Assembly (NCBI GenBank): GCA_963846575.1
Contig: CAWJWJ010000001.1
Coordinates: 224,001-288,000, forward strand
Direction: 5' to 3'
Source: an uncultured Nitrospiraceae bacterium
GTDB lineage: Bacteria; Nitrospirota; Nitrospiria; Nitrospirales; Nitrospiraceae
DNA: 64,000 nt
Position numbers and translations under genes: made by a program. Under the pieces are notes generated by a model, which saw nothing but the letters and a program-made list of their open reading frames with translations, searched no databases and was not told the origin of the DNA. Below are positions 40,336 to 51,734 of the stretch, in pieces (the stretch's first letter is position 1; every line of letters begins with the position of its first letter).

Positions 40336-41946
40336 TCAACGCGCGACAGACTCCCTGAGAAAAGGCAGCAGGACTCCGGCAAAGGCCGAGAGCAACTCGG
40401 CGCCATCCTGATCGCCCTCGTGCATGGCGGGGCCGGATAGCAGGATGAATGCACCGTGCGATCCTCCCCGCCCCAGCGCCTGGATGATCGTCGCCCATTT
40501 GGCGGCATACCGGCCGGCATAGGCCCGACCACCGATCTCATACCAGAAGAGCATCGGGCGAGTGCCGTCTCTGCTGCTCCAGGCCCCCCGGTTATGAACG
40601 AAGACGAGCTCTCGTATTTTTTCTGACCGTTCCTCGCTCATTCGGTGCAACCGGTCGAATCGCGCATCGAAGTTCACGAGTTCCCGGCCCTGCTGTTGTG
40701 CGTTGAGATACCCGACGTAGAGGTCGATGCGACGGCCCTGCGGATCCCGGTAGGTCCTGATCAACGCATGGTCCACGGCATCCAGGACCAGCAGCGGCCG
40801 GTCGCTCATCGATGGAACGGCAGTCCATTCTCCGATCCTGGTCGGGATGAGGGACAGGTCCTGCGCGGGCTCGACGGGGCCGCGATCGAAGGTCCAGAAC
40901 AGCACCGAGGCCAGCGATAACGCAATGGCGGCGACGGCCCAGGCTCGTCCGCCTGCGCCATGCCAGCGGACAGGAGTCGAGACCATGGGGGAGGAGGTCG
41001 GAGACAAGTCGGCCGTTGCCCCTCGCGACTCGACAGATGACAGTACCCACGCGCCCGCGAGCAGGCCGATGAATCCCACCCAGTCCACCGCCATCGCTTG
41101 AAACAGATGCAACGGCCCGTACAGTGCGCCGCCCCAGAAATAATTGTGCAGACCGATCAAGGCGACCCGCACCCAATTGGCCATGATGGCGATCGCGACC
41201 CCGCTGGCCACGAGGATGACGCGGCTCCACATGGACGACAGGGTCACCGAGGCCAACGGAATACCCACTGCCAGGATTGAGACCAGGAAATTAAGGCCGC
41301 TGCAGCCGGGAGCCACCTCCGCCACGACCTGTGGCAAATGGATGTAGATCCCCTCGCGAAAAGTCGGGATGCCGATCGCGTGAAGCATACTCACGGCCAT
41401 GCTGGCCGTGACGACCTGTGCGGGCAATTGCAACGGTTTGATGAGGAGGTCCAGCACCGGAACCATGAAGACCAGGTACGTGATGGGATAGGCCAGCGCA
41501 CGGAGGTACGGCCTGCCGAACAGCAGGAGCGTCATGCTCGCCAGCATCCCGATCAAGGAGAGGCCGCCAAGGGCGAGGATGCCTCCGGCCTCGCCGCCCA
41601 TGAGCATGGCCAGCGACAGGAGCATCCCGAGCAGGCCGGCGATGATCTCCGGTTCCGGCTGGAGCGCGCACAGGCGGCGCCGGCGATTCCAGATGAGGTA
41701 CAGGCTGATGAAAGGAACGAGGAGTCCGTGCGCGTAGGTGTCGCGCGACCACCAGATCTCCCACAATCCCGTCAAGGTCGAACCGTAGAGCAGGAGCGTC
41801 AGGCAGACCAGCAGCCCCAAGCGCCACCACTGTGCCGTCCCATCTTTCTCTACCCGCATGTGCAGGCCCGGCATACTCGACATCATGGAACAAGGCAACG
41901 CGTCCCGGCGCTCCGCTCCTTTATGACCGGGCATCGAGGTACTCAC
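40336..41946 (-). CDS. Exosortase fused to an EpsI-like domain
   Basis: YAHGLLVP, VAPGCSGL (Cys), NWVRV (Arg), GPLH (His); C-terminal IGEW..RTY..LYVGY..FWY; start uncertain. Confidence 0.9.
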   Translation of the reverse strand: MSTSMPGHKGAERRDALPCSMMSSMPGLHMRVEKDGTAQWWRLGLLVCLTLLLYGSTLTGLWEIWWSRDTYAHGLLVPFISLYLIWNRRRRLCALQPEPEIIAGLLGMLLSLAMLMGGEAGGILALGGLSLIGMLASMTLLLFGRPYLRALAYPITYLVFMVPVLDLLIKPLQLPAQVVTASMAVSMLHAIGIPTFREGIYIHLPQVVAEVAPGCSGLNFLVSILAVGIPLASVTLSSMWSRVILVASGVAIAIMANWVRVALIGLHNYFWGGALYGPLHLFQAMAVDWVGFIGLLAGAWVLSSVESRGATADLSPTSSPMVSTPVRWHGAGGRAWAVAAIALSLASVLFWTFDRGPVEPAQDLSLIPTRIGEWTAVPSMSDRPLLVLDAVDHALIRTYRDPQGRRIDLYVGYLNAQQQGRELVNFDARFDRLHRMSEERSEKIRELVFVHNRGAWSSRDGTRPMLFWYEIGGRAYAGRYAAKWATIIQALGRGGSHGAFILLSGPAMHEGDQDGAELLSAFAGVLLPFLRESVAR

Positions 41947-42080
41947 TCATCCTGTCAGGCACGGCTGCCGGATCATGACCGGCTGGATCCGGTCTGCATC
42001 ATAGGCCAAGCACGAGCATCTCGTCACCCGCGGAATTCAACGACCGCGCGGTTATCCCTTCAGAGCATTCCGCTCGTCCC

Positions 42081-42989
42081 TCAGCGTCTGACCACCAACA
42101 CCGAGCAGGGCGCGTGCCGCGCCACCTGATGGGAGACGCTGCCGATCAGAAATCGCGTGACACCGGCCAGGCCGCGGCAGCTCATCACGATCAGCTGTGC
42201 CCGTTGACGCTTCGCCACCTTGACGATCTCTTCGGCAGGATGCCCCTCCGCGAACGAGACCTCCGCGGTGATTCCGCGCGTCTCGAGCCGGTGCTGCCAC
42301 TGCTGCAGCCGACGTTCCATCTGCCGCTTCCGCTCCAGGAGGGCGCGCCGGACGGCCTGCCGGACGTCGACGTGACCCTTCATCGCAAGCCACGCGGCCC
42401 TGTACGTCTGCGTGGGAAAGACATGCACCAGCGTCAGTCGTGACGAGGGAGGAAGATGCAGACCTTCCACAAATTCCAGAGCGTTGGGCGCCTCCGGAGA
42501 TCCGTCCATCGCGACGACGACTCGCAAGCCGCGCCTCGGGTCATGGCGGCCCCGGCGCGGTCGGCGTACCAGCAGGACCGAACAGGCAGCATGGCTCAGT
42601 ATTTTCTCACTCACGCTGCCCAGCAGAAAGAGGGGAAGCCCGGTGAGACCATGCGATCCCATCACGATCAGGTCGGACTGCTGGCGGTCGGCGGTCCGCA
42701 GAATCTGCGCCGCCGGCGCGCCTCGTGCGATCAGGGTCTTCACACGCAGACCCTGCCCGGCAAGCCGTCTCGCGATCGTCTCGACGGACCGCTGCGCCCA
42801 CCCGATCAGATCCTTGCACCAGGCCGCGAGTTGCACCGGGATGGCAGGCCCCTGGAGCGGGACGGGAGGGACCGTGAACACATGGAGGATCCGGACCGCC
42901 GAACCAGCCGGAATTCGAAGACGCTCCAGAAACAGGGCGGCGGCTCGTGAGTCGCGCGACAGGTCTAATGCGAGGAGGACTTTCATCAT
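42081..42989 (-). CDS. Tandem universal stress protein
   Basis: MGSHG...LLGSVS...CSVLLVR pattern twice. Confidence 0.92.
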   Translation of the reverse strand: MMKVLLALDLSRDSRAAALFLERLRIPAGSAVRILHVFTVPPVPLQGPAIPVQLAAWCKDLIGWAQRSVETIARRLAGQGLRVKTLIARGAPAAQILRTADRQQSDLIVMGSHGLTGLPLFLLGSVSEKILSHAACSVLLVRRPRRGRHDPRRGLRVVVAMDGSPEAPNALEFVEGLHLPPSSRLTLVHVFPTQTYRAAWLAMKGHVDVRQAVRRALLERKRQMERRLQQWQHRLETRGITAEVSFAEGHPAEEIVKVAKRQRAQLIVMSCRGLAGVTRFLIGSVSHQVARHAPCSVLVVRR

Positions 42990-43116
42990 ATCTTCCTCAT
43001 CACGGTCTCACGTCAATGGTCATAGACGGCGATGCCATCGCGCAGCCTGCGGTCACGTTCCTGTTCCATCAGGCACACCCGGCCCGTCCGCCTGCCGGCC
43101 TGCTGCTTCAACACAG

Positions 43117-44496
43117 TCATCCAGTGGCAGGAACAGCCGGCATGACGGGATGCCGCCTCATGCGCTCGACCGACAGCGCCGTCGCCAGGAAAACCGCTCC
43201 GACCCCCAGCAGGCAGGGTTCGGGGCCGACCAGGTCGGCCATCCAACCGAAGCCGGCCATGCCGGCCATGGCGGCAGCCATGCCGGCCACGCTGAAGATC
43301 GTAAAGACCCGCCCACGCAGATTGCCGGGCGTCCACTCTTGCAGCAGGGCCCAGACGATCGGCATGAACAGGGCTTCGCACGCACCGATGATCACGAGCA
43401 GCAGGGCCGCGAAGACGGGCGAGTCCTGGCCGCTCAAGAGCGCCACCGCCCCTGCCCCGACGGCCATCGACAGGGACATGATGCGAAATCGCCGCTCGAC
43501 CTGTCGTACTTTCATCCAGACGAGCCAGAGGGAGGCTCCGAGCATCCCGATGCCGAGGCCGGACCACAACCAGCCCAGTTCCATGGGGCCGACGTGAAGC
43601 CCCTGCCTGGCATAGACCGGCAGGAGAAAAATAAACGCGCTGGCTGCAAGGGTGTAGAGCGTCGACGCGATCATGAAGTTGAAGATGAGACGGTGCTGCA
43701 CGAAGACGAAGCGGACGCCGACCAGCAGATCCGCCATCACCGTACCCGGAGAACCGGGCTGTCCCGCCGCCACGATAACCTCGCGCACGCGGATAGGCAT
43801 GAGAAACAGGGCGGATGTGAGGTTACAGGCGGCATCGGCGTAGAGCACGTTCTGCGCGCCGAACAGCGCGATCCCCATGCCGCTGACGGCCGGTCCCACC
43901 AGCATCCCGATATTGGCCGTCCCCTGCAACAACGCATTGGCGGCCGTGAGCTGCGGGCGCGGGACGATCAGCGGCACGGCGGAGGCGAGGGCCGGCCCGA
44001 ACACGGTTCCGAAGACGGCGATGACGAAGACCAGGGCGTAGAGACCTTCAAGCGTCAGCAGATCGGCGGCATGCAGCACGGGAATGAGAAAGATCAACCC
44101 GGCTTGCACGAGATCGACGGCGATCATGACCGGCTTCTTGGGAAGCCGATCGAGGTAGACACCGATCACGGGTCCGAGCACCAGCGGCGGGAGCGTCTGC
44201 AGCAGCCCGATCACGGTCATCATCAGGGCCGAGCCGGTCATCGTATAGACAAACCACAGCAGGGCCACCTTGTTGATCCCGTCGCCCATTTGGGAAATGC
44301 TCTGGCCTACCCAGAGCAGCAGGAAATTTCGCTGCTTGAAGAGGCGCCACCCTTCGGGACTTTCTCCCGACCAGGCGGCCGAGGCAGCTTCGCCCTCCGG
44401 ATGCACCCCATTGGACGCAACGGAATCGACATAACCAACCCGAACGGGAGGCGACCCGGTGTCACCCTGCTTGTTACGATCCACGCCGGTCGTCAT
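43117..44496 (-). CDS. MFS transporter
   Basis: RNFLLLWVGQSISQMGD, GVYLDRLPKK, LRGRVF; about 12 TM helices. Confidence 0.92.
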   Translation of the reverse strand: MTTGVDRNKQGDTGSPPVRVGYVDSVASNGVHPEGEAASAAWSGESPEGWRLFKQRNFLLLWVGQSISQMGDGINKVALLWFVYTMTGSALMMTVIGLLQTLPPLVLGPVIGVYLDRLPKKPVMIAVDLVQAGLIFLIPVLHAADLLTLEGLYALVFVIAVFGTVFGPALASAVPLIVPRPQLTAANALLQGTANIGMLVGPAVSGMGIALFGAQNVLYADAACNLTSALFLMPIRVREVIVAAGQPGSPGTVMADLLVGVRFVFVQHRLIFNFMIASTLYTLAASAFIFLLPVYARQGLHVGPMELGWLWSGLGIGMLGASLWLVWMKVRQVERRFRIMSLSMAVGAGAVALLSGQDSPVFAALLLVIIGACEALFMPIVWALLQEWTPGNLRGRVFTIFSVAGMAAAMAGMAGFGWMADLVGPEPCLLGVGAVFLATALSVERMRRHPVMPAVPATG

Positions 44497-44659
44497 ACGT
44501 ATCCACCCATACTTCAATTGTCCGACGTTCAATCTCCGGGCGTCCGACTGTCAGCGCGAATGCCGAATGGTGGGAGGCCCGACCTACCGTCCCGTCTCGT
44601 GACAGGTGAGACAACGTGCCATGTGTCCCGATTGATGGAAAGGACCACCCGTGGAAGGC

Positions 44660-44830
44660 GTATGCAGGATGACGGCCAAGCCCGACCAGCCCACGGCGTG
44701 GCCATATCGCGTAAGGCCGAAAGGAGAGGCCGCGTCGATGCTGAGCATCGCTTCAAAGGCCAGCGCTGCAGGCAACCGCTGCAATCACTACCGAACCGAT
44801 CATAACCATGCGGCGCAGGACTGCTGTCAT
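44660..44830 (-). pseudogene. Truncated membrane protein remnant
   Basis: MTAVLRRMVMIGSVVIAAVAC, then in a shifted frame SPFGLTRYGHAVGWSGLAVIL; coding signal then lost. Confidence 0.3.
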
Positions 44831-44942
44831 GCCGGACACTCATCGCTGACCAACAGGCGAAGTCCGAACGATGCGGCCACCAGGCAGGGTGTCGAGGATG
44901 CGTCGCCATCATCAGCGATGAGCCTCCGGACAATGCCCGCCA

Positions 44943-45326
44943 TCACTTCATGTACTGCTCCACGCCCTTCCTACCGCCGGCATGGCAACGCAGGCAGTCT
45001 GCGAATCGACCAGGCCCGTGAATGCCTGTGGCTTTCGCCCTCAGTTCCCGGACCAGCGCATTGTCCAGAACCTGCCCCGTCGCTCCGCCGCCGCTGTCCG
45101 GGCGGTGACAGTCCTGGCATGTCGCGGCGCCGGTTGCCCGGAAGATCACATCGCTGTGAGGATTGAGTCGCATGCCGCCATCATCGGCAACGGCGGCACC
45201 CGGCGATGGCAGTCCGGCTGTCGACATGCCGACTCCATAAGGGCGCCACGCCTGTGGCCAACCCGCGCCAGCCGCGACCGTCAAGAAGAACAGGCTGAAA
45301 AACCCTCCCGCGACAAGGATTTTCAT
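44943..45326 (-). CDS. Small diheme c-type cytochrome
   Basis: Signal peptide; NPH...CQDCH...IH...CLRCH. Confidence 0.8.
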   Translation of the reverse strand: MKILVAGGFFSLFFLTVAAGAGWPQAWRPYGVGMSTAGLPSPGAAVADDGGMRLNPHSDVIFRATGAATCQDCHRPDSGGGATGQVLDNALVRELRAKATGIHGPGRFADCLRCHAGGRKGVEQYMK

Positions 45327-45709
45327 GAAGATCCATCCCGGTGGCTGATAGGGGCTCGTCGCTTGACCATCTCCCGCATGGGGAATAAACCGGGACGCGG
45401 TCCTTCTTCCCGGATCGGCTGCTCAAAAGGAGGATCGAGTCTCCGCTCCGCGGTTGCGCGGATCTCCTTGTGTGTGAATGTCCGAGAGAGTCTCACACCG
45501 GGAAGGCCCATGGCGCATCCGGCATGGCTTGATCGGGGAGCCTTGTCTCGATGCCCAGCGTCGGCAAAAGTCCACCCGGCGTTCGGCGGCTTCGTGACGC
45601 ACGGGCTTCAGATCAAGGGGGGCTGGGCAGGAGCCTTCCAGCGGAAACCTGCACATCCTGACCGGAAGAGCATGAACGGATCACCGACCATCTGGTCGAC
45701 GGAGGGATC

Positions 45710-46021
45710 TCACGCCCGTTCCCCTTTTTCCTTCTTGAACGCTTCCTTCGCCGCCGACAGCGCAGCCGAAATGGTCGCCTCCGTGTCTTTTATAAAGCGC
45801 TTGCCTTCCTCGACACTATGGGAGATCTCCTTGCGGACTTCCTTGGCCTTCTCAATGACTTCTTCCTCTGTCCGACGCGCATACCCCCGGATGGCCGAGC
45901 GGGTTTCTTCCCCTGATTTGGGCGCATAGAGGATGGCGACTACCGCCCCGATCATGGCTCCGCTTAAAAACGCGATCGATATCCCCACTCCCGAACAGCC
46001 TCCCTGTTGGTCTGCCATCAT
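45710..46021 (-). CDS. YtxH-domain protein
   Basis: FLSGAMIGAVVAILYAPKSGEETR; AAGGAG RBS. Confidence 0.9.
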   Translation of the reverse strand: MMADQQGGCSGVGISIAFLSGAMIGAVVAILYAPKSGEETRSAIRGYARRTEEEVIEKAKEVRKEISHSVEEGKRFIKDTEATISAALSAAKEAFKKEKGERA

Positions 46022-46320
46022 GCACTCTCCTTCTTAAATGTTTCCGGCCTTGGACTATTCCTTCTGATAGCCCCCTGTCCGAAGAAAGCAGAGGACGTGC
46101 CAGGCGGCCCGGCATCAACATCAACCAGGAAGTCGGTTTGGCGGAGGATTTCCTGGAATAGTCGACCGCATAACCGGTTACGCCTCACAAACTGGGGAAT
46201 TCCTGAACCGGGGGGAGCCCCGCACTGTCCCAAAAGGCCACAGCCGGAGCACCGATCCCACCAGCCCACAACCCTGCGAAAGAAATCGGACGATTGCGTT
46301 GTGTCGTCCTGTCACACCGG

Positions 46321-48756
46321 TTACGACAGCTCCACCCGCCGCAACCGCAGGCTGTTCATCACGACCGAGACGGAACTGATGGCCATCGCCGCGCTCGCCA
46401 GGACGGGACTGAGCAGCAGTCCGGTGAAGGGGTACAGGACACCGGCCGCAACGGGGATCCCGATCACGTTATAGATGAAGGCCCAGAACAGATTCTGCTT
46501 CATCACCCGCATGGTCCGCCGGGCGAGCCGGATCGCCGACGACACCCCCTGCAGGTTGCCCCGCATCAGCGTGACATCGCTCGCCTCGATGGCGATGTCC
46601 GTCCCGGTCCCGATAGCCATGCCCACGTCGGCCTGCGCCAGCGCCGGCGCATCGTTGATCCCGTCTCCGACCATCGCCACGATCTCACCGGCCTCTCGCA
46701 ACCGCCTGATCTCGGCCACCTTGCCCTCCGGCAACACCCCGGCCACGACTCGATCAACCCCGACCTCGCGAGCCACCGCCTGCGCCGTGCGTTGATGATC
46801 GCCGCTGAGCATCACCACGTGGATCCCCATCTGCGTGAGGGACCGGATCGCCTCGCGTGACGTCGTCTTCACCGGGTCCGCCACCGCAATGAGTGCGGCC
46901 GGCGCTCCATTGATGGCGACATAGACCGGCGTGTTCCCCGCTCCGGCCAATTCTTCCGCCCTGGAACGAAGGGGGTCCGTGGTCACCCCGAAATCCGCCA
47001 TCAAGGCCGCGTTTCCTGCGAGGATCGCGGCCCCCTCCACTACAGCGGCTGCTCCCCGTCCCGGGAAGGACTGAAACGCCTCCGCTTCAGCCAGAGGGAT
47101 GAGACGGTCTCCTGCCGATCGCACGATCGCCTCCGCCACCGGATGCTCCGACGAAGCCTCGAGCGAGGCGACCAGCCTGAGTACCCCTCGCTCGGACCAG
47201 GCTCCGCCCTCCGCCAGGATGATGTCCGTCACCGCCGGTTTCCCTTCCGTGATCGTGCCGGTCTTGTCCAGTACGACCGTCGTAATGTCGCCGGCCCGCT
47301 GGAGCGCTTCTCCGCCCTTGATCAAGATGCCTCCCTCGGCGCCCCTGCCGGTCGCTACCATCACTGCGGTCGGAACGGCCAGTCCCATGGCGCAGGGGCA
47401 GGCAATGATCAGCACTGCGACCGCCGCGGCGAAGGCCTGCACGACTGACGCCTGCTCCACCCCCACCATCCAGACCACGAACGTCAGGAGCGATAGTCCC
47501 ATCACGATCGGCACGAAGATGCGGCTGACCCGGTCGGCCAACTTCTGAATCGGCGCCCGTGAACCCTGCGCGTCACGCATCAGCCGGACGATGTGGGCCA
47601 GGACGCTCTGCGCCCCCACCGTGGTGGCCTGATACCGGAATGCCCCGGACCCGTTCACCGTGCCGCCGATGACCCGGTCTCCCGCCTGTTTCTCGACCGG
47701 CATCGCCTCACCGGTCAACATGGACTCATCGACCCGGCTCTGGCCGGACAACACATCGCCGTCCACCGCGATCCGCTCACCCGGCCGCACCACCACGATA
47801 TCACCGCTCCGCACGGCATCGACCGGCACGTCGATCTCGAACCCCTCCCGCACGAGGCGAGCCTGCTTGGGTTGCAGGGCCGCCAACCGTCGCAGCGCCG
47901 CCGAGGTCTGGCGTTTGGCCCGGGCCTCCAGCATCTGGCCCGTCACAATCAGGGCGACGATCACCACCACCGCTTCGTAATAGACGTCCGGCCGGACGCC
48001 GTGGCGCAGAAAAAATTCCGGAGTGATGGTGGCGGCAACCGAATAGACAAACGCCGCGCCCGTCCCCACCGCCACCAAGGCATTCATGTCGGCTGACCGG
48101 TGCCGCAACGCGGACCAGGCCCGCACATAAAAATGCCGCCCCGTCGATCCCATTACCACCGCGGTCAACCCCATGAGGACGTAGGACCAGACCGCCGGCC
48201 GGACGACATCCAGCCACGAGGCCATCCACTCCATGATCGACATGAAGTATCCTGCGCCATGCGGGCCGGATTCGTTCGCGACCATCAACGGTGTGGACAG
48301 CATCATGGCCAACAGGCCGGCCGCTCCGCTCCACATGGCCTTGCGACGAAGGGCACGATACTCATCGGCTTGCGCGCGATCCTGCGCCTCCTGTTCGTCG
48401 AATGAACTCTCGTGCTGTGCCGGATGCGCGGCCTCGTATCCGGTTCGATTGATGGCCGCGATCAACGAGTCCTCCGAGGTCACGGAGGTGTCGTAGGTAA
48501 TCACGGCCTGCTTCAACATGAGATGGACGGACGCCTCGACGACGCCTGGTTCTTTTTCCAGGAGGCGCTGGACGCGGCCCTGGCAAGCCGCACAGGTCAT
48601 GCCCTGCACCGGAATATTCACCTTCCTCAAACCCGTCGTCCGCTGCTCCTCCGCATGACGGGATGTGGCAGGCCCTGGACGGTCGATCGTGATGAGCGGC
48701 CCGACTGGCTCAACCGAAGGCTCCGCCTTCCCGCTCGAGATCGTTATTGCCTTCAT
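46321..48756 (-). CDS. copA: Cu(I)-type heavy-metal P1B-ATPase
   Basis: [40 protein letters not shown]. Confidence 0.93.
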   Translation of the reverse strand: MKAITISSGKAEPSVEPVGPLITIDRPGPATSRHAEEQRTTGLRKVNIPVQGMTCAACQGRVQRLLEKEPGVVEASVHLMLKQAVITYDTSVTSEDSLIAAINRTGYEAAHPAQHESSFDEQEAQDRAQADEYRALRRKAMWSGAAGLLAMMLSTPLMVANESGPHGAGYFMSIMEWMASWLDVVRPAVWSYVLMGLTAVVMGSTGRHFYVRAWSALRHRSADMNALVAVGTGAAFVYSVAATITPEFFLRHGVRPDVYYEAVVVIVALIVTGQMLEARAKRQTSAALRRLAALQPKQARLVREGFEIDVPVDAVRSGDIVVVRPGERIAVDGDVLSGQSRVDESMLTGEAMPVEKQAGDRVIGGTVNGSGAFRYQATTVGAQSVLAHIVRLMRDAQGSRAPIQKLADRVSRIFVPIVMGLSLLTFVVWMVGVEQASVVQAFAAAVAVLIIACPCAMGLAVPTAVMVATGRGAEGGILIKGGEALQRAGDITTVVLDKTGTITEGKPAVTDIILAEGGAWSERGVLRLVASLEASSEHPVAEAIVRSAGDRLIPLAEAEAFQSFPGRGAAAVVEGAAILAGNAALMADFGVTTDPLRSRAEELAGAGNTPVYVAINGAPAALIAVADPVKTTSREAIRSLTQMGIHVVMLSGDHQRTAQAVAREVGVDRVVAGVLPEGKVAEIRRLREAGEIVAMVGDGINDAPALAQADVGMAIGTGTDIAIEASDVTLMRGNLQGVSSAIRLARRTMRVMKQNLFWAFIYNVIGIPVAAGVLYPFTGLLLSPVLASAAMAISSVSVVMNSLRLRRVELS

Positions 48757-48971
48757 GCCGCCCTCCCGACCGGCCGGGCCTCGTAACCCGCCTCCTGCAC
48801 CGCCAGGGCGATCTCGATTGGCGCAATCTGTTGTTCGTCATATGTCATGAGGGCCTCCCCGACCTTCACGGTTGTGACCTCAACGCCATCCAGTTGCGTC
48901 AAGGCCCTGGTCACCTGTCCGACACAGTGCCCGCAGGTCATCCCTTCGATCTTCATGATCAGTTCTTTCAT
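48753..48971 (-). CDS. copZ: Copper chaperone (HMA domain)
   Basis: [22 protein letters not shown] overlap with copA. Confidence 0.88.
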   Translation of the reverse strand: MKELIMKIEGMTCGHCVGQVTRALTQLDGVEVTTVKVGEALMTYDEQQIAPIEIALAVQEAGYEARPVGRAA

Positions 48972-49171
48972 AGTCCGCCTCCCGGTTGCGTGAACGGTCC
49001 CGAGCGGGCCCCATGCCCGATCGAACCGCTCCGTCACAGTCCAAGACGGACAGGGAGGAAAAACATTACAGTGGAGGATTGTTCCTGAAGACCGTTCATG
49101 AAGGTGAGCAGTCAGGGGGAGGTGTTCTTTAGAGTCAGAGAGCGGGGATGATCACATGAAGTGGGGGGACA

Positions 49172-49741
49172 TCATTGTGTTCCACCGGCGCAGCAACCGG
49201 ACTTCCCCTGATCGCGAGTTCCTTCTCCTCCACTGGGGCCCATGCGTCCTTGCCCCGTGCCGCCTCCAGATCCCATCGGGCCTCGGCTGCCCTTCCCGGG
49301 CATACCTGCTCGCGGCCCCTCTTGCCGGCTGAAGGTTCGCGCGTAGTGCATGAGCGCCCAGATCTCCTTGTCCGTGAATTGCTCGCCAAACCCGATCATG
49401 GAGGTGCCGTGCGAGCCATGCTTGATGACCCAGAACACTTCGCCTTCGGTCCGGTGCCGCCAGAAACCCTGCTGTTGAAAATTACGGGGCGCCGGCGCAA
49501 CCCGCTCCGCGAAGGGGCCGTCGCCGCCCCCCTCCACCCCATGACATGTAAAGCAGGTGCCCTTGCCCTGATAGAGTGCCTTGCCCTGGCCGATCGTTGC
49601 AGGCGAATCCGGCAGGGGACTCCTGAGGGCCTGCGCCTCGGCCAGTTTGTCTGCCGGCACACGGGGCCGCATCATGTCCGTCTCGGCGGCCAGGACGCCC
49701 ACCGGGAGCGCGAGCAGAACCGTCATCAACATTTCAGTCAT
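49172..49741 (-). CDS. Monoheme cytochrome c
   Basis: CFTCH, PRNF, FWVIKHGS.GTSM; start may be 49765. Confidence 0.88.
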   Translation of the reverse strand: MTEMLMTVLLALPVGVLAAETDMMRPRVPADKLAEAQALRSPLPDSPATIGQGKALYQGKGTCFTCHGVEGGGDGPFAERVAPAPRNFQQQGFWRHRTEGEVFWVIKHGSHGTSMIGFGEQFTDKEIWALMHYARTFSRQEGPRAGMPGKGSRGPMGSGGGTGQGRMGPSGGEGTRDQGKSGCCAGGTQ

Positions 49742-49816
49742 GCTGCGGGGGTACCCTACCGGCATCACGAACTCCTTTCTGCACGCCGATCCGTCCTGAA
49801 CGCCTCTTGCATTCTC

Positions 49817-50401
49817 CTACCGGACGGACCGGATGGTCCCGCCGCGATGGACCATGCGGAGCCTGCCGCCGGAACCTCCATCGCGTGGATGCAGCGGACA
49901 GAGAAATCGAAATTCCTCGACGGCTCCTGGTGGCTGATGCGCTTCCAGGCGGGCGGTACTCACGATGGCACGAATGGTCTCCCCGGACGCCAGCGTCACC
50001 CGAAACGGTTTCGTGGCAATGTCGCCCTGCTCGCCGACGATCTGCTCATAGAGTCCCTCGACCAGGAAGACGTGCGTGCGGGCCGTGAGGTTCACCAGGA
50101 CAAAGACCAGTCCTCCCTCGAGGTCGCGCTCCCTGTGGAGGACGACTTCCTCGGGAAGCCAGACCACCGAACTGTCCGGCAGATCCTTGGCCTCAAAGCG
50201 GAACTCACCGGCGCGGGCCGCCTGAGCCCACCCCATCCCCACGATCAGTACCATCGCCAGAAAGCGCCAGTGACACCAGCGGCTGATGGTCCCGACGACG
50301 GAGAGATCCTGCAGGGCCCGTCGGCGTCTCGATCCGATGCGTGAGAAGCCCCCGATCGACCCTTGCCCCTCCATCGCCATGAGTTGCTGGTTAACCTGCA
50401 T
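49817..50401 (-). CDS. Exported cupredoxin-like protein
   Basis: WLPEEVVL, NLTARTHVF, SGET, FLCPLHP. Confidence 0.65.
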   Translation of the reverse strand: MQVNQQLMAMEGQGSIGGFSRIGSRRRRALQDLSVVGTISRWCHWRFLAMVLIVGMGWAQAARAGEFRFEAKDLPDSSVVWLPEEVVLHRERDLEGGLVFVLVNLTARTHVFLVEGLYEQIVGEQGDIATKPFRVTLASGETIRAIVSTARLEAHQPPGAVEEFRFLCPLHPRDGGSGGRLRMVHRGGTIRSVR

Positions 50402-50500
50402 CGTTTCCTTGGCGGCCAGGCGGACAATCAGATCCCCCACCCTGGCCGGACTCCGGGTCCGGAGCGCCGGCCAAAGTGACGGGCGCCATGAAGCGGGGCC

Positions 50501-50995
50501 TCATCCACCGCCGATTTCACCCCTGGTTTCGATGACGTAGAGTTCGCCTGTTACTTCCGGATGGATATCGCACCAGAGCGCATGGCGCTTGCTCTCCGCG
50601 ATCCCCGTAGCGGGATCGAACTTCGATGGGGCGGTCGAGAAATGAAGCGTCATTTTCTTCCCCGCATCCACATGGTACGACTTGAAATTCTTCCCCTTCA
50701 CCTCGGTCCCGCCTTCCACCTTCACCGGAATATCCCTAAACAGGTGCGAGGCAAATCCGTGGGTGACGCTGTCTTCGTTGTTCACCACAACGATGGTCTC
50801 GTGATTCGGCATGGTCAGGCCCACCGTTTTATAGCCATGCTGCCGATCATGGATGGTGATTTCCACTTTCGACGGTGGCGCTTTCATCCCCGGGGCCTGC
50901 GCGTATGCATCGTCCGCTCGCATCCCCGGCAACAGCATTCCGGCCATCACCAGCGGGGCGGCCAGTACCGTGATAAACGACCTTCGCGTTCTCAT
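50501..50995 (-). CDS. Exported cupredoxin-like protein
   Basis: AAGGAGG RBS; RR-type leader; NEDSVTHGF...WCDIHPEVTGELYV. Confidence 0.75.
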   Translation of the reverse strand: MRTRRSFITVLAAPLVMAGMLLPGMRADDAYAQAPGMKAPPSKVEITIHDRQHGYKTVGLTMPNHETIVVVNNEDSVTHGFASHLFRDIPVKVEGGTEVKGKNFKSYHVDAGKKMTLHFSTAPSKFDPATGIAESKRHALWCDIHPEVTGELYVIETRGEIGGG

Positions 50996-51734
50996 GTCCA
51001 ACCTCCTTGATTGACGATTCGTCGATCTCGCGAATGCATGACGGGCAATCAACCTGCTTCATCGCGTTACCTGATCCGCCCCACCTCCTTCCCCTCCTTC
51101 CGTTGACTCGCCACCGGAGTCTGCTTCAGGCTGAAGACACTGATCGAGACCTGGGTCCAGCTCGTGACGTTCTGAGGGCGTCGACGGATCACGATCATGA
51201 ACTGGCCGATCCTCCACCTCCAAATAGCATCTCTGTTCCGGTCCTCACGTAACGGCATCCGCGGTTCCATCGTTGTTCCATTCGTTTATTCATGAGCAAT
51301 GATAGGCTCGCTTGGCTTCCCCCTGGTTCGGCCTGTTCGAGTTCCTCCGCCTTCGGCTTGCCGTCTCACATGACCGGCAAGCTCCTGTGAGGGGTTAGAG
51401 CACATCTCGTTCCAAAACGCTGAGCGTCCGGATCATAGGAAAAAGGCATTGTGTGACAACGGGTTTATTTACCCGGGACACAGAAGACGGCTTAGAACCC
51501 TGCCCGGGACCTGTAGCATATGGGAACAGACCCCGATCGGTGCTTGGGGCGGCGGGCATCAGCCAGGCTGCTCGTGGCAGCAGCTCTGCGGATTGCAAAG
51601 AGACCCGCAGCTGGTTGGAGGGGTCAGCGGGGCATGTGGTTACCGAAGACTACTTGGAAGAGCGGGGGAAGGGTCCACGACGGAGGAACCGTGCTGCGTG
51701 ACACTTCAGGAAACCGCCGAACAGAGGAGCCACC

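Noticed and set aside
42412..44805. 797-aa plus-strand ORF
   Set aside because: Antisense shadow of the USP and MFS genes in GC-rich DNA; no recognisable motifs
49175..50344. 389-aa plus-strand ORF and other long antisense ORFs (e.g. 28093-29265, 61421-62605)
   Set aside because: They overlap well-supported minus-strand genes and have shadow-ORF composition
51060..51730. Short ORFs in the gap between the cupredoxin and cytochrome genes
   Set aside because: No recognisable motif or convincing RBS; may be a remnant but I cannot support it
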